NCBI RefSeq assembly: GCF_006345805.1
Contig: NC_043011.1
Location: forward strand, 21,278,464 to 21,342,463
Direction: 5' to 3'
Source: Octopus sinensis
Taxonomy: Eukaryota
DNA: 64,000 bases
The position numbers were made by a program, and so were the translations under genes. The notes beneath the pieces were generated by a model that made no database searches, was not told where the DNA came from, and saw only the letters and a program-made list of their open reading frames with translations. Below are positions 25,249 through 36,990 of this stretch, piece after piece. How positions within the stretch are numbered: position 1 is the first letter of the stretch; the number at the start of each line of letters is the position of its first letter.

Positions 25249-25271
25249 TATATATATATGTGTGTGTGTGT

Positions 25272-25332
<61 letters not shown>

Positions 25333-25343
25333 GTGTGTGCGTA

Positions 25344-26173
25344 TTAAATTAATAATAGAAGGGTAAAATTTATTAATCAAATTAATTAATCAATTAATCA
25401 ATTAATTAACAATTTTACTAAGTGGATCGGTACGTTAAAATAACCTTACTAGGTAAAATTATCCACATAATTACAATTAGGGTTCAGCTAACTTCTTCAC
25501 CACATACCGGAATTAGAAATAGGAGTTAAAAATTCCTTTCCTGTTACTATAAGAATCTCCATGACGGTAAACATACTTTTTTTACGAGGGCAAAAGAGAA
25601 AAACACTAAATCAACACGACCAGGATTAATTAAATACGCGTTTCGAGATCAAAGTAATTTGAATTTTACTTACTTCTCTCTTCAGTATAATATTTCCAAT
25701 TTTTTATAAAATTTGAAAGTGCTATATCCGAATATGTACACAATCAAGCGACATCATGTAACAGAAATCCAACCAACACTTCCAAAATTTACAGAGCCGA
25801 ATTTGAATACACTATTCAAACTCTATACCCACGTGTACGCTACGAGCAATACCGCAGAAAACTGCAATATTCTATCATGGAGTAAATTATAATTTTAAAT
25901 TAATTGTTTTTCTCTTTGCCCTCGTAAAAAAGTATGTTTACCGTCATGGAGATTCTTATAGTTGCAGGAAATTTTTAACTCCTATTTCTAATTTCGGTAT
26001 GTGGTGAAGCAGTTAGCTAAACCCTAATTATAATTATGGGATAATTTTACCTATAAGGATTATTTTAACGTACCGATCTACTTGGTAAAATGTTAATTAA
26101 TTAATTAATTTGATTAATAAATTTTACCCTTCTATTATTAATTTAAAATTATAATTTACTCCATGATAGAATA
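25344..26173 (-). mobile_element. Non-coding HHR-bearing monomer (about 551 bp) plus inverted partial copy
   Basis: Inverted arms 25344-25605 and 25905-26146; 37-bp inverted pair 25868-25904 and 26137-26173; HHR in the spacer. Confidence 0.7.
25629..25691 (-). ncRNA. Minimal type-I hammerhead ribozyme motif (canonical core)
   Basis: ATTATA-CTGAAGA-GAGA..TCTC-GAAA-CGCG-TA-TTTAAT: G10.1-C11.1 pair, ACGCGT palindrome, GUA site, stem I 5 of 6 paired. Confidence 0.75.
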
Positions 26174-26174
26174 A

Positions 26175-26370
26175 TTTGGTACAAAACCTACAATTTCGGG
26201 GGCGGGCTAAGTCGATTACACTAGTGTTCAACTGGTACTTATTTAATCGACTCCGAAAGCATGAAAGACAAAGTCGAGCTCGGCAGAATTTGAACAAATA
26301 ACGTAGAGACGGACGAAATGCCATCAAGCATTTTACCCGGTGTGCTAACGATTCTGTTCGATGCCGCCTT
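26175..26370 (-). mobile_element. SINE family B, old copy
   Basis: Matches the family B consensus. Confidence 0.75.
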
Positions 26371-27458
26371 TATGCCGGAACATATATTGTCAGACTGTTA
26401 GGAGTGGGTTTTATTCTTTTAATAAAAACGCACGCAAAGGTTGAAGTTGAAATTTTTGCTATTAATAACATTAATTAATAAATAAGTGGATTACAAGCAA
26501 TGCGTATCTTTATTCTAAGCAATTAATATCAATAAAAAAGTGAGCATTACTAAATGTATGTGGGTGTTGAATGCACATAAATACATATTGTATTAATGTA
26601 TGTGTGTATATATAGAAAGAGAGAAAGAGAGAGGTGGGAGGGAGGGAGGGAGAGAGAGAGAAACAGAGAGACAGAGAGAGACAAAGAGACAGAGGGAGAG
26701 AGAGACAGAGAGAAAAGTTTGGTTCCCAACCACATGGTTCCGGGTTCAGTCCCACTGCATGTCATGATAGGCATGTGTCTTCTACTACAGCCTCGGGCCA
26801 ACCAAACGTATTTTCTCAGACTGAGAGAAAGTCAACCACAAACCAGTCACGAACAATAACATTGGAAAATGAAGAGCACTAAACAAGAGAAAACACACAT
26901 TAAACAAATCCCTTCCAACGCAATAGAATAACAGAAAGATAATGTACCATTGACCCATAAAGCAAAAAGCCTTTTTCTAGGGAACAGAAACTCCAGTTAA
27001 AAATGAAAGAAAACATTAATGATGCAAAAATCAAGAAAATATTGGACCAACTGACCCCACATTCATCAACCTATCACAGCGGAACCTCGTGGAAAACGAA
27101 ATAAAACTTCTAGAAAATGGACTCATATTCACACCGACTTACAAACCCGACACAGCAGACCTTGTAAAAATACTAAGGAATTTTGTAAGAAACTTCGTCA
27201 ATGAGAATTCTTCCAAAACAAACATGAGGAAGATCGATCTCTTGTGAAAAACGAAACAGGGTTCAAACCTCCGATAAACCGGAGTAGAAACTTAGATGAA
27301 TATGTGTCTGAAAAGATCAGCAAACAATCCAAATAAAATCAAATGTTAAAAAAAGGTAATGGAATGTCTACAGAAAAAACTCCTCTGAAAGCCGACACTG
27401 AGGAGCCATCGTAATAAAAGACAAGATCCATTACAGGGAAATGATCTTACAAGAACAT

Positions 27459-27890
27459 TTACTCTTTTCCTCTTTTACTCTTATACTTGTTTCAGTCATT
27501 TGACTGTGGCCATGCTGGAGCACCGCCTTTAGCCGAACGAATCGAACCCAGGACTTATTCTTTGTAATTCTAGTACTTATTCTATCAGTCTCTTTTGCCG
27601 GACTGCTAAGTTAGGGGGACGTAAACACACTAGCATCGATTGTCAAGCGATGTTGGGGGGACAAACACAGACACACAGACATACACACACACATACACAC
27701 ACACATACATATATATATACATATATACGACGGGTTTCTTTCAGTTTCTGTCTACTAAATCCACTCACAAGGCTTTGGTCGGCCCGAAGCTATAGTAGAA
27801 GACACTTGCCCGAGGTGCCACGCAATGGGACTGAACCCGGAGCCATGTGGTTCGTAAGTAAGCTACTTACAACACAGCCACTCCTACTCC
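27459..27890 (-). mobile_element. SINE family A inserted into the Penelope ORF
   Basis: Full family A copy; PLE motifs resume on both sides. Confidence 0.9.
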
Positions 27891-29790
27891 TATATTTCTA
27901 CAAAAACAAATTTTAGAAATCAATGCAGATAAACGAACAATGAGTAAAATCGATAAATTAACGATCAAATTTTAAAAAAACTAAACGAAACAGAAGTTGG
28001 ATAACCTCACTAATTTTGAGGTAAAACAAGTAACTTTTATGGACTTCCAAAATTCCATAAATCTAAAGAAATTAATAACAGCTTAAAGGACCACCATACA
28101 CCATATGTAAAGATTACGTCCTAACTGTTGCAGGACCAGCATCCAGTACCTAACGATTAAGCAACTTGCTTGACGCAATTTTGAAATTTCTGAGCAAAAT
28201 GGGTCTTAGTTTCATTAGAGATGACATGGACTTCCTCAACTATATTCTAAAAAGAATAAATAAAAAAACAATCCTAGTTAGCTTTGATGTAACCAGTTTC
28301 TACACAAATAATCCCCATGGATTAGGATTAGAGGCAGGAGAATGCTGAATTGGTAAATACCCACAAAAGAATCAGGAGAGATTCCTAAAAAAAGTTATAC
28401 TTGAAAATTCGCGTTTAATACTGGAAAACAACTTCTTTGACAACCAATATTATCTATAAATACAAGGAACAGCAACAAGAGACGAAAGTTGTACCAACGT
28501 TTGCGACACTAGTAATGGAGTACCTGAAAGAAAAATATCTATACCTTGTCCAGAACTACTTTTGTTCACCATTTCCAAACTTATTTAATAAAGAACTGGA
28601 AAAGATTTTTTGATGTCTGCTTCATATTTTGGACAAATGTATGGAGGTCTTTACAAGATTATTTAACTTAATAAAGAACATTCATAAATCGATCTAATTT
28701 ACTTTGGAAGTGAATAAAAAGAAACTCCCTTTCCTTGACTTTCCAGTAATCAGATTTTAGATCTTGTCATCTTTCCAATACAAAAAGGAACATACCATCC
28801 AGCATGGCAAGATGTATAAGTTAAGTAATTACAAATACCAATAGGCAAGAGAAACGATTGGTAGAACTAAATATGTTCCTTCAAAAACAGAAATACCCTA
28901 TAAAGTTAACAAAATCATGCCATAACCAAAGCAAAAGAAGTTCCTATCTATATCTTACGGAGAAACATTCATGCTAAGAGTCAAAACGAAAATACAAATA
29001 TAAATATTCCATTTGTAGTCACCCATAATCCTAGGAACCACAATACCCTACATTCAACCAAACGATATCTCTTAATTCTACATCAATCAGCAAACCTCCG
29101 ACAAATAATTTTTAAGAATCACAAATCATCAATAGCCGAAGACAACCACCAAATCTCAAGAAACTTCTAAGAAAGGCGAGAGTCACATCGGAGAAAAATA
29201 GTGCAGGTAACAAAGTTTGAGGGACACTCGTTATGGTACGCGTGAAATAATTGAGCTGAGAATCACCAAAAGATTCAAGAATTGAGGGAAATCATAAGAA
29301 TTGCAAAACAAAAGAATCTCACCTACTGCATCATATGCCACAATGCAATGAGAATTACATTTGAGAAATAGGGACAAAACTAACCAGTTGTATAAACGTG
29401 CATCAACAATAAATGAAAGATTCATCTCTTAGAAATGTTCCATATAGTAAAGCATCTACACATTCGTGCAAATAGAAAATTTAAAATATTCCATTTTTAC
29501 AAAATAAAAGATGAAAATGATCATCTATGAACAGCAAATGAAGACTACTTTATAAGAATTCCAAATCTGAAACTAAACCAGAAATAGTCAACATTTGTAA
29601 AAATATCCAACAATTGGCATGATTTTGTTAACTTTATAGGGTATTTCTGTTTTTGAAGGAACATATTTAGTTCCACCAATCGTTTCTCTTGCCTATTCTT
29701 CTTTTACAAATTATAAGATGATAAACAATGAAAGGCAAAAGAAGAATATTTTGTAAGAATTCTAAATCTGAAACTAAACTGGAAATACTA

Positions 29791-29931
29791 TTAGGTTGTC
29801 CCAAAAGTTCGTAAACACTAGCAAAAATTGAATTTTTACTCGCCAAGTACTAACAAAAACAACAAAAATTATTCCTCAAAATAAAGACCATTATTTTCCA
29901 AGACTTTCTACGAACTTTTGGGACAACCTTA
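29791..29931. mobile_element. mariner-type MITE (141 bp)
   Basis: 23-bp TIR TTAGGTTGTCCCAAAAGTTCGTA (1 mismatch), TA on both flanks. Confidence 0.85.
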
Positions 29932-29990
29932 TATTATAAAAAAGTACACAACTTCATCTATAGGAAGTTGTTTTTTTAGCTCAGAACATG

Positions 29991-30022
29991 TGTCTGAAAA
30001 GTTTAAAACGAAAGTGCTAACA
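29991..30022 (+). ncRNA. Degenerate minimal HHR at the 3' end of the Penelope element
   Basis: TGT-CTGAAAA(G8A)-GTT taa AAC-GAAA-GTGC-TA-ACA. Confidence 0.4.
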
Positions 30023-30207
30023 AAACATGATACTTTCATAACTTTGCTAGCAGGCAGGTGACCGGTCAAAATTAACCCTAAATTAAAATATACGTACAAA
30101 CATACATACATATATACGTGCACACAAACATGCATACATTCATACATACATGCATACATACACACATGCATACATAAATACATACATAAAACATACATAC
30201 ACACATA

Positions 30208-31198
30208 CCTCAAGAAGCACTCTCTTCCTGATGATCTCCCATATAGCCCAAAACAGTTGGATTCTCTTACCTCAGAGAAGACCTGGATGGAAAGCACTCA
30301 GCATACAAAAAAAAGACTATGAGTATGTTGCCCGGAAGCTTGAAGAAGACAGTAAAATTGACACGAAGCGCAGCCTGTCTTGGACACAAGATCACTACAT
30401 CACATCACACTTTGAAGGCTATGCGTTTGCAATCCAGGAACAGGAGATAGCCACTGAACAAGAGACACGGTGATGCTCTTATAATCCCAAGGTGCAACCG
30501 CATGTGTAGGCTATGTCATGTTTCTGTGGAAGACATTACGCATGTGATTAGCAACTGTCCTAAAATGTCGTCACGGGACTACCTACCTATGCGGCACGAT
30601 GTTGTTGCTAAAACAATTTACAATGCTATTCGCAAAAAAAGACTGTCCTGAAATAAATTCAGAAAATCCCTCTGTTATGGAATACGTTCATAAACACCAA
30701 CTCAAGGAATACTGGTAGAATATTCCCATCAAAACTTCTGCCAAATGTAAACATAACAGGCCGGATATTGTTGTTTGGGACAGAGGGGCAAAGGTATGTA
30801 TCGTCATAGAGGTCAGCTGCACTGCAGTTATAAATATCTCTTTGAAAATCAAAGAAAAACAGGATATCTATGGACAAATGCTTCGAAACCTCCAAGCTTC
30901 TATATCTAGACTATGAATTCATATTCATGCCAATAAAAATTGGAGCACTAGGTTTTGTTAGTAAATGCTTAAAGGAGAGGCTGGATAAACTGGGATTTTC
31001 AGAAAGAGAAATCGACCGGTTAATTCGTACATTATAAGTGCAGTCTGTGAGTGGAAAACTAAAAATATGCAAGACTTTCCTCAAGTTCCAAATGTGAATT
31101 TGTCTATGTTAACTACATCCCAAAGATGGAGCCTTGTATCTTTGTTGGAAACCGGCTCCCTCCTCAGTGGAAGATTTATGATAATAAACAGAAGATGC
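30208..31198 (+). mobile_element. R4/Dong-clade RLE non-LTR retrotransposon, 5'-truncated, decayed
   Basis: ITSHFEGYAFAIQEQEIAT, CCHC knuckle CRLCHVSVEDITHVISNC, RHDVVAK, HNRPDIVVWD..IEVSC..EKQDIY, KICKTFLKF*; (CATA)n on both flanks. Confidence 0.9.
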
Positions 31199-31399
31199 AT
31201 ACGTACATATATACACACATACATACATACATACTTACATACATGCATGCAAGTATACATACATACATGCATGCATAGATGCATACGTAATTACATACAC
31301 CCATACATACACAGACATACATACATGCATACATTCATACATACATGAATATATACGCGCATGCATAAATACATACATAAGACATACATACATACATTT

Positions 31400-31960
31400 G
31401 GTGACTGCCCCCTCGTTATCGAGTATGGCCATTGCAAGAAGCTTAATCAATGTTGTTATCGTGCAATGCCTGTGCAAGAAGATTTTTTTTAAAGTGAGGA
31501 AAGGCTGTGCACAGAGTCAATCCCACTCACTAAGCAACAGCAGCCATAATCCGAAAAGAAGAACAAGTCAACATCATCGGTAACCACTGAGCTGCAGGTT
31601 TTATATCGGAGTTATCCCAGTTACCTGAGTTACCTTCTCCTAGAAGGATGCCCTAACAAAGGCTAGGAGTCCTTCACTCCCAATGGTTTAACCGCGCGAT
31701 CGGGTATTCAGTCCGATTATTCTTATGTCCCCGCGCATGATACAGCCTTAAGACATTTATTAGATGGCCGTTGACTCTCAAGAGTTCCTCCGCCCTTTGA
31801 CGGGTTTTGTTTTTCATCCCGCAGGATGTCCAATAAACACCCACCTCACCAGGCAACATTGGTGGGTCGGACGGTTCAGTCGCCGACGACCCGACCATGC
31901 AACAGGTTGTACTGGGTTACATGTTACCAGTAGCATTCGAAAGTGACCTGACATAATACA
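31400..31960 (-). mobile_element. Possible RTE-UTR-derived non-autonomous element
   Basis: GGTTTTATATCGGAGTT..CCTTCTCCTAGA.GG.TGCC..ACAAAGGCT resembles RTE-type UTR motifs as I recall them; not verified. Confidence 0.3.
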
Positions 31961-31974
31961 TACATACATATATG

Positions 31975-32038
<64 letters not shown>

Positions 32039-32486
32039 ACACACATACTTTTTTCAAATGTGTGATCATTCAGACGCTTGTATGTATGTCCATAGTTGAT
32101 CTGCCAGCATGCGAAATTCTGCACTTCTGAACGAATGTATATTTATTCGTAAGTATACTTATATTTTAAGTGTGTATCTGATACGTAGGTGTATAGTATT
32201 CGTATCAGGTGTTTGAGTATGGGCAAGGATAAATGTTCTTGTATATGTCTATGTGTGAGTGTGTGTGAGTGCTTGTATGTGGGTATGTGCGTGTGTATGA
32301 GGAGGATTTGCATGTCTGCATGCGTGTGTGTGCGTGTGTGTGTGTGAGAGAGAGCATGTGCGTTTGCGAGAGCATGTGTGTGTATGTGCGTATGTATGTG
32401 TGTGTCTGTGTGTGTGAGTGTGTATTTTGCCACCGTTTGCGTTTAAAGATGTTGCAACATTCGCTCGACCGGGAAGAACGAAGCAA

Positions 32487-32613
32487 AATGAATGAATGAA
32501 TGAAAGAATGAATGAATGAATGAATGAATGAATGAAGAAATTAAGAATAACATGCAGAGTAGCAGAGTACAAGAGAAGAATAAGCGGTGGCAGCAGCAGC
32601 AGCAAAAACAGCA

Positions 32614-32671
<58 letters not shown>

Positions 32672-33558
32672 TAGTAGTAGTAATAGTAGTAGTAGTAGTA
32701 GTGGTGGTGGTGGTGGTGGTGGTAGTAGTAGTAGTGTAGTAGTAGTAGTAGTAGTGGTGGTGGTGGTGGTGGTGGTGGTGGTGGTGGTGGTGGTGGTCAT
32801 CGTCGTCGTAGGCGTGGTGGCGGCGAGGGTGGCGGCGGCGGCGGCGGTGGTGGTTTTGCTGCGGTCAAGTGTCGATGTAGAAAACCAATTACAATACGAA
32901 AAAAAGTATTTGGTTCCATTACACGGTTCACTCTTCATCGTTTCCGTGGTTGTATGTACGTGTGTGTGTGTATGTGTCTATGTACGTATGTGTGTATGTA
33001 TGTATGTATGTATGTATGTATGTATGTATGTATGTATGTGTGTGTGTATGCATGTTCGTATGTATGTATGTGTGTGTATGTATGTATGTATGTATGTATG
33101 TATGTATGTATGTATGTGTGTGTATGTATGTATGTATGTATGTGTGTGTATGTATGTATGTATGTATGTATGTATGTGTGTGTATGTATGTATGTATTAT
33201 GTATGTATGTATGTATGTATGTGTATGTATGTATGTATGTGTGTGTATAAGCACGCATGCACACATATACATACATACATACATGCAATCATGTGTGTGT
33301 GTGTATACGAACATGTACATATATATGTACGCATGAACATAGGTTTCCATATGCACTTGCGCATGTGTGAGTACATATGTGTGCGTATGTGTGTGTGTGT
33401 GTGTGTGTGTGTGTCTGTGTGTGTCTGCGTGTCTGTATGTGTGTGCGTGTGTGCTTATAATTTTACATGAGAGTACATCCAGTAGGCAGGCTGAATCAAT
33501 GTCCCATACAGAACTGAATGTGTGTAGGAGTGTGTGTATGAGTGTGTGTGTGTGTCTG

Positions 33559-33606
<48 letters not shown>

Positions 33607-33640
33607 ACAGAGAGACGAGTTAGAGACGCAGACAGAGACA
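32487..33640. repeat. Compound microsatellite block (GAAT, CAG, TAG, TGG, GGC, TATG, TG, GA)
   Basis: Direct reading; source of the spurious 229-312 aa ORFs. Confidence 0.95.
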
Positions 33641-34142
33641 AAGACAATGAGTGGAAGAGAGAGAGAGAAGGGAGAAAGATATAACGAAAAAGAGAGAGGG
33701 AGAAAAAGTGGGAGAAGGAGGAGAGATACAACAGACGGAGGCGCAGTCAATGAGTGTATATAATTGCGAAAGCGTTTATGAGTATGATAGTTTGGATATG
33801 TAATAAGGACGTGTATGTGCATATATGTGTGTGTGTGTGTGTAAATATATATTTCTTTTACTGCTCGTCAAAGACGTTTGCAGTAAGACTAGACATCAAG
33901 AAGAAAGACGGACAGACAAACAGACAGACAGACAGACAGGGGGAGAGGCAGGCAGGCAGGCAGGCCGGTAGACAGACAGACAGACAAGCAGACAGACAAG
34001 GGGACGGGAATGGCGTTATGAGGACGTCGACGAGCATGTAGCATTTTTGTACTCAAACGATGGGAGGTGTACATGCGGAAGAGGGGTAGGTAAAGATAAG
34101 AAGAGATTGAGAGCAGTATATATGGAAGGAGAAGGGGAGAGC

Positions 34143-34174
<32 letters not shown>

Positions 34175-34207
34175 AGAGAAGGAGAGAGCGGATGACGGGA
34201 GAGACAG

Positions 34208-34558
34208 AAGTACTGCCTTTTAGTCGAAGAAATCAACACCTGGACTTATTCTTTGTGCTAAGCCTGGTACTTATTCTATCGGTGTCTTTTGTCCAACTGC
34301 CAAGTAACGGGGATGTAAACACACCAAGTTCGGTTGTCAAGCGATGGTGGAAGGTCAAACACAGACACAAACACACAAATATATACATACATACATACAT
34401 ATATACGACAGTCTTCTTTCAGTTTCCGTCTACCAAATCCACTCACAAGGCTTCGGTCGGCCCGAGACTGTAGAAGACATTTGCCCAAGGTGTCACGCAG
34501 TGGGACTGAAGCCAAAGCTATCTGGTTGGAAAGCAATTTACTTACCAGACAGCCACGC
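34208..34558 (-). mobile_element. SINE family A, diverged
   Basis: Matches family A. Confidence 0.8.
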
Positions 34559-34598
34559 ATATATATACTATATATATATATATATATATAGATATATC

Positions 34599-34638
<40 letters not shown>

Positions 34639-34640
34639 AA

Positions 34641-34796
34641 GAGTCGACGGGGTCGCCACCCACCCCCTGCCGGAGCCTCGTGGAGCTTTAGGTGTTTTCG
34701 CTCAATAAACACATACAACGCCCGGACTGGGAATCGAAACCGCGATCCTCCGACCGCGAGTCCGCAGCCTTAACCACTGGGCCATTGCCCCTCCAC
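34641..34796 (-). mobile_element. SINE family D head with a different downstream segment
   Basis: GTGGAGGGGCAATGGCCCAGTGGTTAAG..GGTTTCGATTCCC..GAGCGAAAACACCTAAAGCTCCA; head shared with 13868-14154. Confidence 0.75.
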
Positions 34797-34940
34797 GCAC
34801 ACACACACACACCACACACACATATATATATGTATGCATGTATGTATGTATGTACGTACGTACCTATGTATGTATGTATGTATGTATGTATGTATGTATG
34901 TATGTATGTATGTGAATTAATCCGGTACGTAGCGTTGCTT

Positions 34941-35141
34941 TAACTTATAAGTTAAAAACATGATAAATGTACAAACAAACGGGAAACAGACGTAGAAGGT
35001 CACTAAATCTTCATCACTTATCAGCCAGTGGGTCAGACACCTTAAGGCGCGAAATTGCGTTTGATGCGCTGACCGACAGCTGATGAGCATTTGGCGTCCT
35101 TCTGTGCCTGTTTCTCGTTTGTTCATCTATTATAAGTTTTA
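34941..35141. repeat. Imperfect foldback, MITE-like hairpin
   Basis: ACAAACGGGAAACAGACGTAGAAGG..CATCA pairs with TGATG..CCTTCTGTGCCTGTTTCTCGTTTGT. Confidence 0.6.
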
Positions 35142-35158
35142 ACACACACACACACACA

Positions 35159-35198
<40 letters not shown>

Positions 35199-35516
35199 TC
35201 TATTCTTTTATGCTTTTATTTGTTTCAGCCATCTGACTGCAGTCATGCTGGAGCAACGCCTGTCGTCGAACAAATTGGATCCCAGGAATTATTCTATCGG
35301 CCTATCTTGCCACCCCGCTAAGTTAACGGGACGTAAACACACTAACATCGGTTGTCAAGCAATGATAGGGGACAAACATAGACACACACAAATACACACA
35401 CACACACACACACACATACACGACGGGCTTCTTTCAATTTCTACCAAATCCACTCACAAGGCTTTGCTCAGCTCGAGGCTATAGTAGATGACACTTGCCC
35501 AAGATGTTACACAGTG
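35199..35516 (-). mobile_element. SINE family A, cut by the assembly gap
   Basis: Matches the family A 3' part. Confidence 0.8.
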
Positions 35517-35616
35517 NNNNNNNNNNNNNNNNNNNNNNNNNNNNNNNNNNNNNNNNNNNNNNNNNNNNNNNNNNNNNNNNNNNNNNNNNNNNNNNNNNNN
35601 NNNNNNNNNNNNNNNN
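35517..35616. other. Assembly gap (100 N)
   Basis: Direct reading; contiguity across the gap is not guaranteed. Confidence 1.
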
Positions 35617-35619
35617 TAA

Positions 35620-35950
35620 CTAGGTAACAATTTGAACTTTTTAAGTTCCGCCAATATTTTCTTGACCCGTTGGTTTCAATATGATCAACTTCGTCTGTAA
35701 ATGCTTTCTTTTCCAAATGTTCTGGCCACCGCATCATCGCTGGTGGCAATATAATGTCTGGAAGACATTCTCTCGCAGTTGGCAATAATATAGTTGAGGT
35801 CTTCAGGCTTAATCTTGCACAGACTATATTTGTTTTCTGTCAATATTTTCTGTCAATGCTTTCTACCAATGTTTTCTGCTTTTATGCCGTAGAAACATTT
35901 TGGGGATCTCTTGTTCTTGAAAAGTTGGATGTTATAAACTTGCTGATACT
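35620..35950 (-). mobile_element. R4/Dong-like RLE remnant (zinc knuckle region)
   Basis: FQEQEIPKMFL, SLCKIKPEDLNYIIANCERMSSRHY..DAVART; adjoins (GACA)/(CATA)n. Confidence 0.7.
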
Positions 35951-36181
35951 CCATTTGTCTGTCTGTCTGTTTGTCTGTATGTATGTATGTATGTATGTAT
36001 GTTATATGTGTATGTATGCGTGTGTGTAAGTATGTATGTATGTATGTTATGTATGTATGTATTGTATGTATGTATGTATGTATGTATGTGTGTGCGTGTT
36101 GTGTGTGTGTATGTATGTTTGCATATACATACTTACATGCATACACACAGGTAGTGCTGATGGTGGTAGTAGAAGTGGCGA

Positions 36182-36403
36182 GCTGGCAGAAACGTTAGCA
36201 CGCCGGGCGAAATGCTTCGCGGTATTTCGTCTGCGTTACGTTGTGAGTTCGAATTCCGCCGAGGTCGACTTTGCCTTTCATCCTTTCGGGGTCGATAAAT
36301 TAAGTACCAGTTACGCACTGGGGTCGATGTAATCGACTTAATACCTATGTCTGTCCTTGTTTGTCCCCTCTGTGTTTAGCCCCTTGTGGGTAATAAAGAA
36401 ATA
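36182..36403 (+). mobile_element. SINE family B, young subfamily, 17-bp TSD
   Basis: TSD GGTAGTAGAAGTGGCGA at 36165-36181 and 36404-36420. Confidence 0.9.
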
Positions 36404-36499
36404 GGTAGTAGAAGTGGCGATGGCTATGATTCTCCGTCGATTTCGACTGTTAGGTTTCAAAGTAGTTATCTTTGTCAATGATGTATATGTATAAAGACG

Positions 36500-36632
36500 A
36501 AGGCGTTGTGGTTTCGGGTTCAGTCCCACTGCATAGCACCTTAGGCAAGGCTCTTCTACTATAACCTCGGGCCGACCAACGCCTTGTGAGTAGATGTGGT
36601 AGACGGAAACTGAAAGAAGCTTGTCGTATGTG

Positions 36633-36710
<78 letters not shown>

Positions 36711-36885
36711 CGTTAGTGTGTTTACATCCCTGTAACTTAGAGAGAGATTGGCAAAAAGATCGATAAAATAAGTACCAGGCTTTAAAAAATACCTACCGAG
36801 TTGATTCGTTTGAATAAAATTCTTCAAGGTAGTGCTGCAGCATGGCCGCAGGCTATTGACTGACTCAAGTAAAAGATAAAATGAA
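36500..36885 (+). mobile_element. SINE family A, internal (TG)n
   Basis: Matches family A. Confidence 0.8.
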
Positions 36886-36947
36886 AGGTATGTGTGTGTA
36901 TGGTGTGTGTGTTTGTGTGTGTGTATGTGTGTGTGTGTGTGTGTGTG

Positions 36948-36987
<40 letters not shown>

Positions 36988-36990
36988 ATA

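Larger units (their letters stand above)
26805..30090 (+). mobile_element. Penelope-like retroelement, near full length, decayed (RT plus GIY-YIG)
   Basis: FINLSQRNLVENEIKLLENGLIFTP, NFYGLPKFHK, LVSFDVTSFYTN.PHGLGLEA, QGTA, RFFDVCFIFW (YxDD-like), LPFLD, NLTYCIIC..NYI; interrupted by a SINE and a MITE. Confidence 0.9.

Noticed and set aside
32249-33731. Long ORFs of 229-312 aa (poly-S/V/L/T, MYVC and HTYI repeats)
   Set aside because: They are translations of compound microsatellites, as are most ORF-track entries rich in YI, CV, HT or MYV.
35460-35960. Apparent SINE-to-LINE adjacency across 35517-35616
   Set aside because: The two are separated by a 100-N gap, so adjacency is not evidence of a real junction.
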